A model generated the notes under the pieces. That model saw nothing but the letters and a program-made list of their open reading frames with translations. It had not been told where the DNA came from and searched no databases. Below, piece after piece: positions 37,736 through 50,700 of a stretch of 61,044 bases of DNA. How positions within the stretch are numbered: position 1 is the stretch's first letter; the number at the start of each line of letters is the position of its first letter. Source of the DNA: a virus (lineage: Duplodnaviria; Caudoviricetes); IMG/VR virus record IMGVR_UViG_3300036770_001422, positions 1-61,044 of that record. One strand, written 5' to 3'. Both the position numbers and the translations under genes were made by a program.

Positions 37736-40700
37736 ATGGCACAGGACGTATTTAAACCTAAAGGGCCTACTAAGGCAAGTCAACCAGACGCTGGTGGCGC
37801 CAACGCACGTACCGTTCCTGTATTTGGTGTTGTTAAAGATAATATTGATCCTACACGATCAGGTAGATTACAAGTTTATATTAGTGACTTTGGTGGTGAT
37901 GATCCAGACAATAGAGACAATTGGATATCAGTAAGTTACATGACTCCCTTCTATGGGTATACTCAACCTGATGCAAACGAATCAGGATATGGAACATATA
38001 AAGATAACCCTAGCAGTTATGGTATGTGGTTCGCACAACCAGATATAGGTACACAAGTTATCTGTATATTCATAAACGGTGATGTTAATTATGGATTTTG
38101 GATAGGATGCGTACCTAAACCCGATGCATTAACAATGGTGCCTGCTATAGGTGCTACGGATAATATTGTACCAAACGAAGGTGAAGCGCAAAGTTATGGT
38201 GGTGCAGTAAGACTTCCAGTAACAAACATTAATACTAACAATGAAGAAATGGCAGATAGCAATGATTATATCAATGCTGCCAAACCAGTTCATAGTTATG
38301 TAGCAGGTATTATGAGTCAACAGGGTATCATTCGTGATCCAGTACGAGGTCCTATATCAAGTTCTGCTCAACGTGAAACACCTAGTAGAGTTGGTTGGGG
38401 AGTATCAACTCCTGGTCGCCCAATCTATGAAGGTGGATTCGATGATGAATCACTAGCACAAAACTTAGAGGGTGGGACACCGCAATCATTAAGAGTGGTT
38501 GCACGTAGAGGTGGACATAGTATTGTAATGGATGACGGCGATATTATTGGTCGTGATCAATTAATAAGAATTAGAACAGCATTAGGACATCAGATATTAA
38601 TGAGTGACGACGGTCAAACATTAATGGTATTACATAGTAATGGACAAAGTTATATTGAATTAGGCAAAGAAGGTACTGTTGATATCTATAGCACTAACAG
38701 TATTAATTTAAGAACACAGGGTGATCTAAACTTACATGCGGATAATAATGTTAATATTCATGCTACAAAAGATTTAAACATACAGGGCGAGAACATTAAC
38801 ATTAATACAGAGAAGGACATGAACGTTCGCAATGGTGTCAATTATAAACATTATACGTTAAGTGATTATACTGTAAAAGTTGACGCAGCCATGAGCATGG
38901 AATCAGGCGGCGATAGTTCATTTGTAAGCAAGAACATAACTTATATCAATGGTGAAAAGATTAATCTTAACACAGGTGCAACGTCAACTATACCAAAAGA
39001 AGTTGATCCAATACCAATTATTGCTCATACAGATACATTGTTTGATGATGTTAAGGGCTTTGCCGCATGTCCAGGTAAACTGTTAAGTATTGTGACACGT
39101 GCTCCTGCTCATACACCATGGGCTAACGCAGGACAAGGTGTAGATGTTAAAACTGATGTTAGTGCAAAAGGTAATTTACCAGCAAGTCCAACCCCTGCAC
39201 AAGCCGCAGTTAATACAGCATCAGCGGCAGTAGCAGGCACCCCCGTTTCAGTAGCAACTACTGTTTCTATGCCTGCTACAACAGCAGTAAGCGGCGCATT
39301 AGATAAAAATACTACCAGTGCAGTTTTAGGTACAATGGCTAAAAATGCGGCAACAGGCCCATTACAAGCAGCAGCCGCACAAGGTGCAGCCATTGTTCAA
39401 CAAGGTACACAAAAAGTTGCGGCTATTGGTGCATTTGCTCAAAGCCCAACACAGATGATGACTGCGGGAGTATTGAAACCTGGATCAGATAAACTAGTAC
39501 AAAGTTTAGTAAGTAGTGGTGCAAATATTACTCAATCTATGCCAGCATCATTGTTTACTGGACAAAAAGGTGCAGAAACACTAAGCAACTACATTAACAA
39601 TACAACCGCGCAAGCAACTGCACAAGTGGTTAACTTACAAAAAGCACAAAGTGCATTAACAGCCGCAGGTGCCATATCTGGAAAAGAGTCAGCGGGTCAA
39701 CTTGCAGGTATTGTAATGGCAGGCGCCACTTCAGGGGTATCGTCAACTCTAAATGCTCTTACTTCCGCAGCCAGCAACCCTGGAGCAGCATTAGCAAGTT
39801 CTACCGAAGCATTGAAATCAATTGGAGCGGGTAATTTAGCAGCCAGCGTAGCACAAAACGTAACCGGAGGTTTAGGTGGCATATCTAAGGCTCTTGGTGC
39901 AATGAGTGCATCACCGGGCTTATCAGGGTTATTAGATAGTGCTAAGGGTGTTGCAGGTTCAGCATTTAGCGCAATAACTGGATCATTTAAACCAATGACA
40001 GCCGGCATACCACAAAACTTAACTGCATTGGCTAAAACCGCAGCACAGGCTACGGCTTCAGCATCAGGACAGACGGGTGTTCTCAGTGCATCAAGCCTAG
40101 TTTCTTCTGCAACAGGGGCAGTAACAGGAGCAGTAAGTTCCTTAACTGGTGCCGCATCAGCATTAACTTCTGTTGGTGGAGCCGGCGCACTAGCCAGTGC
40201 AGCCAGCGCAGTAGCCTCAGGAGGTGTAGCAAGCGCAGCCTCTTCATTAGCAAGTGGATTAAGCAATTTACCAGGTGGACAAAAGACCGTACAAGCAGTA
40301 GTCAACAATGCTCAAGGTGCAATTAACTCATTGCCGGGTACGGCAGCAATAACTGGTTTAGTACAACAAGCATCAACCGCCGCATTGAATAAACTACCTC
40401 TACCATCATTACCAAGTGGATTAAACTCATTGACTAATCTAGCCACATCAGGATTAGCAGCCGGCGCAGCCGCTCAATTAACTTCAGCGATTTCCGCTTT
40501 AAGTTCGGGCGGTTCTGTATCAATTAAATTGCCTACTATAGGTCTTAATACAGTTGACCGTTCAGGAATTACTGCACAAATCGCTAGTGTGTTTGGAGAT
40601 CCTAAGATTCCTAAACCAAACTTAGTGGGTGAGGTAAGTGAGGGTGCAAAATCTGCGGCTGAACAGCAAGCGGAAAAGATTAGAGAAGAAGTCAAGTATG

Positions 40701-40876
40701 CTCAAGAATTGCAGGTATTCAATGAGAAAATTAGAGATGCTAGACTTGCATACTATACAGCCAAACGTGATTTACCTCAGGGAGATCCTGGTATAATAGC
40801 CGCACGTGATAAGTGGTTTGCATTGACAGAAGATGCAGAATATATAGACCTTAGGAAGAAACTTGGGATTGCATAA
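37736..40876 (+). CDS. gp5: Baseplate central spike (gp5/VgrG-like) with long Ala/Gly/Ser-rich extension
   Basis: OB-fold motifs VKDNIDPTRSGRLQV and PDIGTQV.C.F..GD, then GHSIVMDD and GHQILMSD beta repeats. Confidence 0.8.
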   Translation: MAQDVFKPKGPTKASQPDAGGANARTVPVFGVVKDNIDPTRSGRLQVYISDFGGDDPDNRDNWISVSYMTPFYGYTQPDANESGYGTYKDNPSSYGMWFAQPDIGTQVICIFINGDVNYGFWIGCVPKPDALTMVPAIGATDNIVPNEGEAQSYGGAVRLPVTNINTNNEEMADSNDYINAAKPVHSYVAGIMSQQGIIRDPVRGPISSSAQRETPSRVGWGVSTPGRPIYEGGFDDESLAQNLEGGTPQSLRVVARRGGHSIVMDDGDIIGRDQLIRIRTALGHQILMSDDGQTLMVLHSNGQSYIELGKEGTVDIYSTNSINLRTQGDLNLHADNNVNIHATKDLNIQGENININTEKDMNVRNGVNYKHYTLSDYTVKVDAAMSMESGGDSSFVSKNITYINGEKINLNTGATSTIPKEVDPIPIIAHTDTLFDDVKGFAACPGKLLSIVTRAPAHTPWANAGQGVDVKTDVSAKGNLPASPTPAQAAVNTASAAVAGTPVSVATTVSMPATTAVSGALDKNTTSAVLGTMAKNAATGPLQAAAAQGAAIVQQGTQKVAAIGAFAQSPTQMMTAGVLKPGSDKLVQSLVSSGANITQSMPASLFTGQKGAETLSNYINNTTAQATAQVVNLQKAQSALTAAGAISGKESAGQLAGIVMAGATSGVSSTLNALTSAASNPGAALASSTEALKSIGAGNLAASVAQNVTGGLGGISKALGAMSASPGLSGLLDSAKGVAGSAFSAITGSFKPMTAGIPQNLTALAKTAAQATASASGQTGVLSASSLVSSATGAVTGAVSSLTGAASALTSVGGAGALASAASAVASGGVASAASSLASGLSNLPGGQKTVQAVVNNAQGAINSLPGTAAITGLVQQASTAALNKLPLPSLPSGLNSLTNLATSGLAAGAAAQLTSAISALSSGGSVSIKLPTIGLNTVDRSGITAQIASVFGDPKIPKPNLVGEVSEGAKSAAEQQAEKIREEVKYAQELQVFNEKIRDARLAYYTAKRDLPQGDPGIIAARDKWFALTEDAEYIDLRKKLGIA

Positions 40877-40884
40877 ATAATATC

Positions 40885-41340
40885 ATGGCAAACTATATTG
40901 GATTTAGTACAATTAATGCGGACAAGCCTAAAATCACTAACCCAGTTAATTTAGGTAGAGATTATGGTGCTTCCGGCATTACAAGACCCTATGTATTTGG
41001 AAAAAAGTACCGTTTGACGGATTCTCAATTAGTAATACAAGATTTTGTTAATGCATTAAATATCCCTCAAGGACAAAAAGTCGGTCAACCTGCATATGGT
41101 ACAACACTTTGGTCGTTTGTATTTGAACCAAATACAGCAGATGTACAGTTTCAATTAGAAAATGAAATACGTAGAGTTGCTAGTCTAGATCCTAGAATAG
41201 AATTAAACTACGTAAAAGCGTTCCCGCAAGAAAATGGCATACTTTTAGAAGTAGAATTAGCAGTAAATCCATTCAATAGTGCTACTACTTTAAGTTTGTT
41301 TTTCGACAGCAAAACCAATCAAGCCTCGTTACAACAATAA
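40885..41340 (+). CDS. gp25: Baseplate wedge subunit (gp25-like)
   Basis: G.KVGQPAYGTTLWSFVFEP...DPRIEL motif. Confidence 0.85.
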   Translation: MANYIGFSTINADKPKITNPVNLGRDYGASGITRPYVFGKKYRLTDSQLVIQDFVNALNIPQGQKVGQPAYGTTLWSFVFEPNTADVQFQLENEIRRVASLDPRIELNYVKAFPQENGILLEVELAVNPFNSATTLSLFFDSKTNQASLQQ

Positions 41341-41361
41341 CAAAACCGCTTTTTTAGGTAT

Positions 41362-41369
41362 GATAAATA
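41362..41369 (+). promoter_or_regulatory. Late promoter GATAAATA
   Basis: Upstream of the gp6-like gene. Confidence 0.7.
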
Positions 41370-41386
41370 CTTAAAAGAGATCAACT

Positions 41387-44300
41387 ATGGCTACAAGTTC
41401 AAGACAATCAGGATTGTTTGGCGTTAACGATTGGAAGGCCATCTACCAAACCTTTCGTGAAGCCGATTTTAGAAGTTATGATTATGAAACATTACGTAAA
41501 AGTTTCATAGATTATCTACGTCTTTACTATCCTGAGACCTTTAACGACTACATAGAGAGTTCAGAATTTATTGCTCTATTAGACGTTATGGCGTTTATGG
41601 GACAGGGTTTAGCCTTTAGAAACGACTTAAATGCACGTGAAAACTTTATTGATACTGCGGAACGCCGTGACAGCGTTATTAAACTTGCAGATTTAGTAAG
41701 TTATACTCCAAAACGCAATCTTGCTGGTCAGGGTTACTTAAAAGTTACCAGTATACAAACAACGCAGAACATCACTGACATTAATGGTATTAATTTAAGT
41801 AATATTCCTATTCTTTGGAATGATCCTGCTAATGCTAATTGGTTAGAACAGTTCAATACAATTATCAACGCTACTCTTATTAACACACAACGTGTAGGTA
41901 AACCAGGAAACGTTGCTGACTTATTGGGTATCACAACTAGTGAATATACTATGCAGATCCCTCAAGGAACACTCCCAATTGTTCCCTTTAACAGCACAGT
42001 TGACGGGCAAAATATGAACTTTGAATTGGTCAGTGTAACTAGCGTAGACGAAGATTATGTCTATGAAATTCCACCTGCACCAAGCCAGAGATTCAATATT
42101 TTATATCGTAATGATAAATTAGGTTATGGTAGCCCTGAAACAGGATGGTTCTTTTATTTCAAACAAGGATCACTACAGGCGGCAGACTTCAAATTAGAAC
42201 AGCAGATTGCCAACCAAACTGTAGACATTGACATTCAAGGTATCAACAATACTGATACATGGTTATATCAATTAAATGACAATAACGGTGATAGAGTAGT
42301 ATGGCGTAAAGTTGATAATGTTTATGCTGATGCATATTTGCAAACAGAAACATCATATAAAAAGATTTTTAGCGTAAATTCACGCTTTAACGATCAAGTT
42401 ACATATGTGTTTGGTGATGGAGTATTCAGTGAAATACCAGTTGGACAATTTAGAGCATATGTTCGTGCAGGTAATGCATTAACTTACACAATTGATCCTA
42501 GCGAAATGCAGGGTATCAGTGTAACATTTACTTACATTAATAGAAATGGTAAAACTGAAAACTTAACAGTTGGTTTAGAATTACCATTAGCCGTATCAAA
42601 CGCACAACAAAGAGAATCAGTACAAGAAATTAAACAACGTGCTCCAACACGTTACTATACACAGAATCGTATGGTTAATGGAGAAGATTACAACAACTTC
42701 CCATATACATTATACAGTTCAATTATTAAATCAAAAGCAATCAATCGTAGTAGTATTGGCGTAAGCAAAAACTTAGATTTATTAGATCCTACTGGAAAAT
42801 ATAGCAGTACTAACGTATTTGGTAGTGATGGTGCATTATATCAAAATAATGTAGATAGTTATCTAACATTGTTTATTACAAACGTTAATGACATTCGTGC
42901 ATTCTTGACATCTTCATTGGCAAATGCATTAGATAGCAACAAGGCTACACAATACTATATTCAAAATTATCCAAGATATAATGTGAACGCCGCATCTGGT
43001 GATGGTACAGTATATTGGCAAACAAGCACAGTAGATGCTAATAGCGAATCAGGATATTTCTACAATATAAGTGGATCACAAAATGTTCCTATACCTTTAG
43101 GTATCTATTCAAATAAGAATGCAAAGTATGTTACAACCGGTGCATTATGTAAATTTACTGCGCCAGTTGGATATTACTTTGATGTAAACAATAGATTGGT
43201 TCCCGGGATACCCGGTCCTACTAGTCAAACATACATTTGGACAACTGTATTAAATGTTGTTGGTGATGGATATAATAATGGTGACGGAGCGTTCCCTAAT
43301 GGAACAGGCCCTGTTACATTAAATGGTTATGTTCCATCAGGAGCAATATTATCACAAATTATACCTGTGTTTGATAATTCATTATCACAAACAGTTATTG
43401 ATGAATGTGTAGTTAGAATGGAGTTAGCACAAGACTTTACATTAGTCTTTAATAATTCACTTCCTATTAACCAAGAACGTTGGACAATTAATCCATATAC
43501 AGACACAAATTACTTTGTTAAATTTACAAGCACTGGCGCAAATAGATATACAGTAAGTTATCGCTCATTAACATACTATTTTGGTAGCGTTTCTGACACA
43601 AGATTCACACTAAGCCCTAATGAATTAGTTTATGATCCATTCTCAGGAAAAATATTACAAGATTTCGTTAGTGTTTTATCAACTAATAATCAACCAAATT
43701 CAAGTTATCCTTTTGGAAGAGATATTAAAGTTAATATTTTAGGACAAACAGTAGAAAGCGATGGTTATATTAACGACTTCCAAGTTGAAGTTGCTGCCAC
43801 TGATGTTAATAACGGAACATTGATATTAAATCCAGACTTTTTTAATGAGGTAACTGGATATGTAAACGGTGGCGCAAACATTGGCGTATATGTATTCTTT
43901 GAAATAATTGAAGATGCTATCAATTTAACAAGAGAACAGATTGTTCCATCAACTGATATCGTATACATCTATGCAAACAAGACACAAATTGAAGTTGTAA
44001 AGTATGATTATCCTGAGGGTCAATTGTTCTATGCATATAGTGATAATGTATTTTATAAATCATTACAAGATAATACTATAAACACTCCATACTATGTGTT
44101 GACCCCTCAGCCACAATATAGTGTAAAACCTGGTCGTCAGGGAGTAAGTTTTCAATATAGACATAATAGCAATAACACAACACGTATAGATCCAACAACT
44201 ACAAACATTATTGATTTGTATGTTGTAACACAGAGTTATTATACTGCATATCAAAATTGGATTCAAGATACAACTAACACAGTAGTTGAGCCAGATAAAC

Positions 44301-44758
44301 CTACAATTAATGAATTGAACCAAGAATACGGTCAAGTTAATGATTTCAAAATGTTGAGTGATTCAGTTATATTAAATAGTGTAGTGTTCAAGCCTTTGTT
44401 TGGTGCTAAAGCAAGTCCTGCATTAAGAGGAACTGTTAAAGTAATTAAGGCAAGTAACACGAATGCTAGTGATAGCGAAGTTAGAAGTGCTGTATTAACT
44501 GCGATGAACAAATATTTCAACATTAATAATTGGAACTTTGGGGACACATTCTTCTTCTCAGAATTAAGTGCGTATTTGCACACTGAGTGTGGAGAATTGA
44601 TTAGTTCAGCAGTATTAGTTCCAAATGATCCAACAAAACCATTTGGAGATTTATATGAAATTAAATGCATGCCTTACGAAATATTTGTGAATGCTGCAAC
44701 AGCAGAAGATGTATTGGTTGTCCCGGCATTAACACCGGCTGAATTACAAATAAGATAA
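41387..44758 (+). CDS. gp6: Baseplate wedge protein (gp6-like)
   Basis: ENFIDTAERRDSVIKLA..VSYTPKR, FGDGVF and ES..EIK.RAP..Y.TQNRMV..EDY motifs. Confidence 0.88.
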   Translation: MATSSRQSGLFGVNDWKAIYQTFREADFRSYDYETLRKSFIDYLRLYYPETFNDYIESSEFIALLDVMAFMGQGLAFRNDLNARENFIDTAERRDSVIKLADLVSYTPKRNLAGQGYLKVTSIQTTQNITDINGINLSNIPILWNDPANANWLEQFNTIINATLINTQRVGKPGNVADLLGITTSEYTMQIPQGTLPIVPFNSTVDGQNMNFELVSVTSVDEDYVYEIPPAPSQRFNILYRNDKLGYGSPETGWFFYFKQGSLQAADFKLEQQIANQTVDIDIQGINNTDTWLYQLNDNNGDRVVWRKVDNVYADAYLQTETSYKKIFSVNSRFNDQVTYVFGDGVFSEIPVGQFRAYVRAGNALTYTIDPSEMQGISVTFTYINRNGKTENLTVGLELPLAVSNAQQRESVQEIKQRAPTRYYTQNRMVNGEDYNNFPYTLYSSIIKSKAINRSSIGVSKNLDLLDPTGKYSSTNVFGSDGALYQNNVDSYLTLFITNVNDIRAFLTSSLANALDSNKATQYYIQNYPRYNVNAASGDGTVYWQTSTVDANSESGYFYNISGSQNVPIPLGIYSNKNAKYVTTGALCKFTAPVGYYFDVNNRLVPGIPGPTSQTYIWTTVLNVVGDGYNNGDGAFPNGTGPVTLNGYVPSGAILSQIIPVFDNSLSQTVIDECVVRMELAQDFTLVFNNSLPINQERWTINPYTDTNYFVKFTSTGANRYTVSYRSLTYYFGSVSDTRFTLSPNELVYDPFSGKILQDFVSVLSTNNQPNSSYPFGRDIKVNILGQTVESDGYINDFQVEVAATDVNNGTLILNPDFFNEVTGYVNGGANIGVYVFFEIIEDAINLTREQIVPSTDIVYIYANKTQIEVVKYDYPEGQLFYAYSDNVFYKSLQDNTINTPYYVLTPQPQYSVKPGRQGVSFQYRHNSNNTTRIDPTTTNIIDLYVVTQSYYTAYQNWIQDTTNTVVEPDKPTINELNQEYGQVNDFKMLSDSVILNSVVFKPLFGAKASPALRGTVKVIKASNTNASDSEVRSAVLTAMNKYFNINNWNFGDTFFFSELSAYLHTECGELISSAVLVPNDPTKPFGDLYEIKCMPYEIFVNAATAEDVLVVPALTPAELQIR

Positions 44759-44764
44759 AAAGAA

Positions 44765-47700
44765 ATGGCTACAACAAGAATTAGAACATTAAATTTCTTA
44801 CCAGAAATATTTCAGACTCCTACCAACACTCAGTTTTTAGGAGCAACATTAGATCAATTAGTAAATCCTCCAATCACAAAAAGGATTGAAGGTTATATTG
44901 GTAGTAAGTTGGGTTATGGCGTTAACGCTAAAGATTATTATGTAACCGAACCCACAAAGGTAAGAACGGATTATCAATTAGATCCGGGTGTAGTCTTTAC
45001 TAAAAAGAACGAATCAACTGCACAAGATTTTATAACATATCCAGGTATCATTGATTCATTAAGATTGGAAGGCGGTGTTACTAACAATAATGACCGCATG
45101 TTTGAAAGCCAATTCTATTCATGGGACAGTTTTACAGACCTTGACAAGATTATTAACTTTAATCAATACTATTGGTTACCAGACGGACCTCCCGCAGTTC
45201 AAGTAGCGGCAGCAACAGTATTTGCTACGAACGATTACATTATCACTGACTTAGCAAATGGCTACAATATTAGAACATTAGGCTCAGGCGCAGGATCAAT
45301 TAATCCTACTTTGATCTTATTAAGAGGTGGTACTTATAATTTTTATGTAAATCAAAGTTCACAGTTTTGGATTCAAACTGCACCCGGTACTAGTGGATAT
45401 GATCCAACACAACCTAACATATATACCAGAGATGTATTTGGTGTATCTAATAATGGAGCAGAGCAAGGCATTGTAACATTTACTGTGCCTGCAAAAGACG
45501 CACAGGATCAATATAATTACCCTGGTAATAATTTAGTAGACGTTGTTTCTACAACACCTTTCGATCAAATCAATGGACAATTACTATCAACAGTTGGTAG
45601 CATTGACGGAGTAACATCACTTAACGGGTTAACCGTTATGTTCTATGATACTGGTGTACCAAACGAAACAGGATACACATCACAATACTTTGGTGAAGGT
45701 GAGTACGATACAAACATTGATTTAGTTGCACCATTAACAATTTCAATTTCAGCAACAGACGTATTAGGTGCAATCACATGTAGTTCTACTGCAAACTTAG
45801 TATCAGGTCAAACAATTACATTTGATGGAACACCATTTGGCGGACTAGATTCATATGCTGTCTCTGGTACAATTTATTATGTTGACAGTATTTTAAGTTC
45901 GACTCAATTTACTGTTACCTCTTATCAAGCAGGATCATCAACTCCACAACCAGTTACATTATCAACTGCTTTTGGATTTATGACTGGTAATATTAATCAG
46001 GGTTTATTAGAAGAAGGATATACTTCAACAGTAAGCCAAAACTTTTATCAAATAACTTATGTTGGCGATCCTAGTGACCCTGTGTTAAGACTTACTCCTG
46101 TTAGCGTAATACCTACAGAGCAGAGAATAACACCTGTTTATGGTTCATCTTGGATTGGCAGAGGATTCTATAGAAATACATTAGGCGTTATCGCATTGAT
46201 TCCTGCTATCACAGCACCATTAGATACATTATATTATCAAGATGGTACTAGTCCTAACAAAGTTGGTATTATTAAAATTATTGAAAGTAATATTACTAAT
46301 ACCCTTAATGTAGAAACAGACATATTAGGTAAAAAGAATTTTACTTCTACCAATGGAATAACATTTACAAATGGATTAAAAGTTGAATTTGACGGTGACG
46401 TTATACCGTCAAGTTATCTACAAGGTCAATACTATGTAGAAGGTGTAGGTACTGCTATTGAATTAATACCTGTAACTACTTTAGTGTGTCCTGAAGATTT
46501 CACTGAAGGTGATTACATACCGTATGATACTGCACCTTATGATATAGGTAACTATGATAGTAACTTGTTTGTACCTGTATTGCAAGATTATATTACAATT
46601 TCAAGAGCAGGTATTAATAAAAATGCGTGGTCACGTAGCAATCGTTGGTTTCATATTGATGTAATTAATGCAACAGCAGAATACAACAATGATCCAAATA
46701 TTGTTAACTTATATGCAACTGCGGATGCTAAAGCAAAGCGCCCTATCATAGAATTTTATCCTAACTTAAAACTATTTGATGCAGGAACAGTTGGTAAAAA
46801 CGCTATTGACTTTATTGATTTTAAATCAACTGACGCACTATCACAGGTTGCAGGTCAAACTGGATTTTATCCTGACGTAGAAACTTATACTGCGTATACA
46901 GGAACATTAAATGGCGTAGTAAGTGGTACATCAACTACAGCAATTATTGATACCACTGATATTGTTGGAGCATTCCAAATTGGTCAATATGTAACAGACT
47001 TACGTTTTAGTACATCAACTATGACCTATCCAAGTGTATTACCTAGTGATGCACAGATTACCGATATCGTTGAAGCAAGTGGTACTACAACATTGACGAT
47101 TGGTTGGGTAGATTCAATCTCTTTTGCTACAATTAATAATGTTCAATTCGTTGCAGATGATCAACAAAATGACAATTACAAAGTGTTTGATGGTGCAAGA
47201 ATTGTATTTGCATCAGATACCAATATTAATGTAAAGAATAAAATTTATGTTGTTAATTTTTCATCAGTTACATCAAGTTTACTTCCAGTAATTACATTGA
47301 CTGAAGCACCTGATGGTGAAGTATTACCAAAAGATCAAACAGTAGTATTAAGAGGATTTAACTATCAAGGTGATACTTACTTCTATGATGGTATTGATTG
47401 GTTAAAAGGTCAGCAAAAAACTGATGTTAATCAACCACCGTTGTTTGATGTTGTTGACAGCAACAATATAAGTTTTGGTGATACAGAAGTATATCGTGGT
47501 ACTACATTCATAGGCTCTAAATTGTTTGCCTATGGTATTGGATCAGGACTAGATGATACTATATTAGGATTCCCAATACGTTATAGTGCTATTGATAACG
47601 TTGGTGATATCAGTTTTGACGTATCATTGAATATTGATAAGTTTGATTATGTTAGCGGTACTGATCCTATAACACAAGACGTTAACACAGGTTATGTTTT

Positions 47701-50700
47701 AAATTATATTAGCAGAGATGTTTATGAACGTGAATTAGGTTGGCAAACAGCAGTAGGACCAAGCGTACAATATCAAGTCTTTAATTTTGACTATTTTATT
47801 GCTAATCCACCTGCAAATTATGTATGTGATATTGCCAAACTTGATACTGATCAAAGCGAATGGCCTACAATACAGGTGTATATCAATAATGTTTTACAAA
47901 CGTCAGATGCATACACTGTAAGTGTTGGTACAGATACTACAACTGTAACACTTAACGATATTATCAATGAAGATACAGTAATTCAAATATTGTTATTGAG
48001 TAATCAAGTTAGCGAAAAGTCTTACTATACAATACCAATTAATTTAAATAATAATCCGTTAAACGAAGATTTAACTACTGCAAATATTGGTGATATCCGC
48101 GCACATTATCAGACCATATATGCTAACAATCCTAACTTCCAAGGACCAATGTTTGGTTCTAACAACTATAGAGACTTAGGAAACTTAGTACCATACGGCA
48201 CTAAGATCATTCAAAACAGTGCGGCATTGGTATTACCGGGCGCATTCTTACGTAAACAAAATCATAATATATTTGATGCATTATTGTTTAATAGTCGTGA
48301 GTATATCAAGTTTAAGACATTGTTAGTAGATACAATTAATAGTACTGATTATCCACAAAGATTTACTCCATCTTATATTTTAGATGATGCATTGGATCAA
48401 CTTTCTGCTGCCAAGAGCGAAAGTCAAGCATTCTTTTGGTCAGACATGTTACCAAGCAAGGCACCTTATCTGACTAACACATATACATTTAATAACGATT
48501 TAGATACCAGCGTGTATCCATTGAGTAGAATTTATGACTTTTCAACTGCCAACTATTATGGTTTATTAGTATATCTATCAAGAGTTATCGAAGGTACTGT
48601 AGTTGAAAGACAATTAATAACTGGTCAAGAATATACAGTAAGCACAGATAGTAAATCATTAACAGTTACTATCCCATTACAACCTCAAGATCAGATTATC
48701 ATTAAAGAATACAATCAAACATATGGTTCATATATTCCAAACACTCCTACTAAGTTAGGATTATATCCAGCATTTATTCCAAGCGTTGTGCTAGATAGTG
48801 ACTACACACAACCTACATATTTCATTAAAGGACATGACGGTTCATATACTAAACTATATGGAGACTATGATCCTACTTTAGGTATTCTTATTGATTACAG
48901 AGATCAAGCGTTATTAGAATTTGAAACTAGAGTTTATAATAACTTGAAATTAAGTAATCCTATACCAATTCAAGCGTATGAAGTTACACCTGGATTCTTT
49001 AGAGAAAGTGATTATAGTTACGATGAATACTTAGAAATTTATGAAAAGAATTTCTTAAATTGGATTGGTCAAAATAGATTGAATTATAAGAAACAATTCT
49101 ATGATAAGAATAATCCATTTACATTTAACTATAGAAATTCAGGTAACAAACTTGATAGACAACCAATTGGACAAGGGTACTGGAGAGGTATCTATGAATA
49201 CTACTTTGGTACAAGCACACCAAATGAAACTCCATGGGAGTTATTAGGTTTTGTAAATCAACCTGCTTGGTGGACAGATCGTTATGGTCCTGCTCCATAT
49301 ACTAGCGACAACTTAATATTGTGGGGAGACTTAGAAGCAGGTATCAACTGGAACAACGGTGATCCATATGTGATACCTCAAGAAGTAAGACCCAATCTAT
49401 TAAAAGTTCTCCCAGTAGATAGCGCAGGTAATTTGTTATCACCGTTAGATGCTATCGTTGGAAATTACAATGACCAAACATTCCAAAATCAATGGGATAT
49501 AGGTGATGATGCACCTGTTGAGTTAAGTTATCGTAGAAGTTCAACATGGCCATTCGATTTAATGCGAATAATGGCATTGACTAAACCTGCTAAATTCTTT
49601 AATTTGGGTGTAGACTTAGACAATTACAAATATAGCACAGAATTTAACCAATACCTTGTTAATGATAGAAGCCATTTAATTATAAGTAACATAGATATCT
49701 ATGGTACTGGCACACCTAAGACTTCATATATCAACTGGATAGTTGATTATGAAAAACAATTAGGTATTGATGCAACACAAAACATTAAAGATTTGTTATT
49801 CAATATTGATGTAAGATTGATATACAGATTAGCAGGCTTCAGTGACAAGACATTGTTAAAATTCTATGTTGAGAAAGGAACGCCTAACAGCAGAAACTCA
49901 TCATTGTTGATACCTGACGAAAGTTATCAAGTATTATTATATGATAATCAACCATTTGATAAAGGTGTCTATAGTTCTGTAATTATACAGATAGATAATG
50001 GTGCATTTAACGTTTATGGTAATTCACAGTCAATGGCTTATTTTAGAACATTGACACCATTAAACAATGGTAATTACGACAATATTAAAGTTGATGCGGC
50101 CAGCGTAAAAATTACAAGAGACTATAGTACAGAAGAAATATTAGTTCCATATGGAACATCATTCTATAACATACAAGACCTATCAACATTTTTGGCTAGT
50201 TATGGTGCATGGTTAAATCAAAAAGGATTTATATTTGACCAAGTAGAATATGGATTAGAAATCAATTGGGGTCAAATGATTGCTGAATTCCTATACTGGG
50301 CGCAGACTGGTTGGGGAGAAGGTAGTGTACTAACACTAAATCCAAGTGCTAATTTATTAAAGATTGATCAACCTAATAGTATTGTTCAACCATTAACTAT
50401 ACAACAAACTAACTTTGTATTGAATCAAAACTTATATCCAATACAAGCAGTAGATATGTCTGTCTTTAGAGATGGTACATTATTCACAGTTAAACCATTA
50501 AGTCAGGGTGATGCAATTGCATACGGTCAATTTAACCTAAGCAACTTTGAACATGGTATTGTTTTCGATAACGTAACATTGTTCAATGATATAATTTATA
50601 ATCTTGTAACCGGACTAAGACAAACACGTATTACTGTAAGAGGTACTAAAACAGCAGAGTGGAACGGCACAGTTACGGCTTCAGGTTTTATATTGAATCA

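Noticed and set aside
35275-44670. Minus-strand ORFs within the baseplate operon
   Set aside because: Antisense shadows of conserved or Ala-rich genes.
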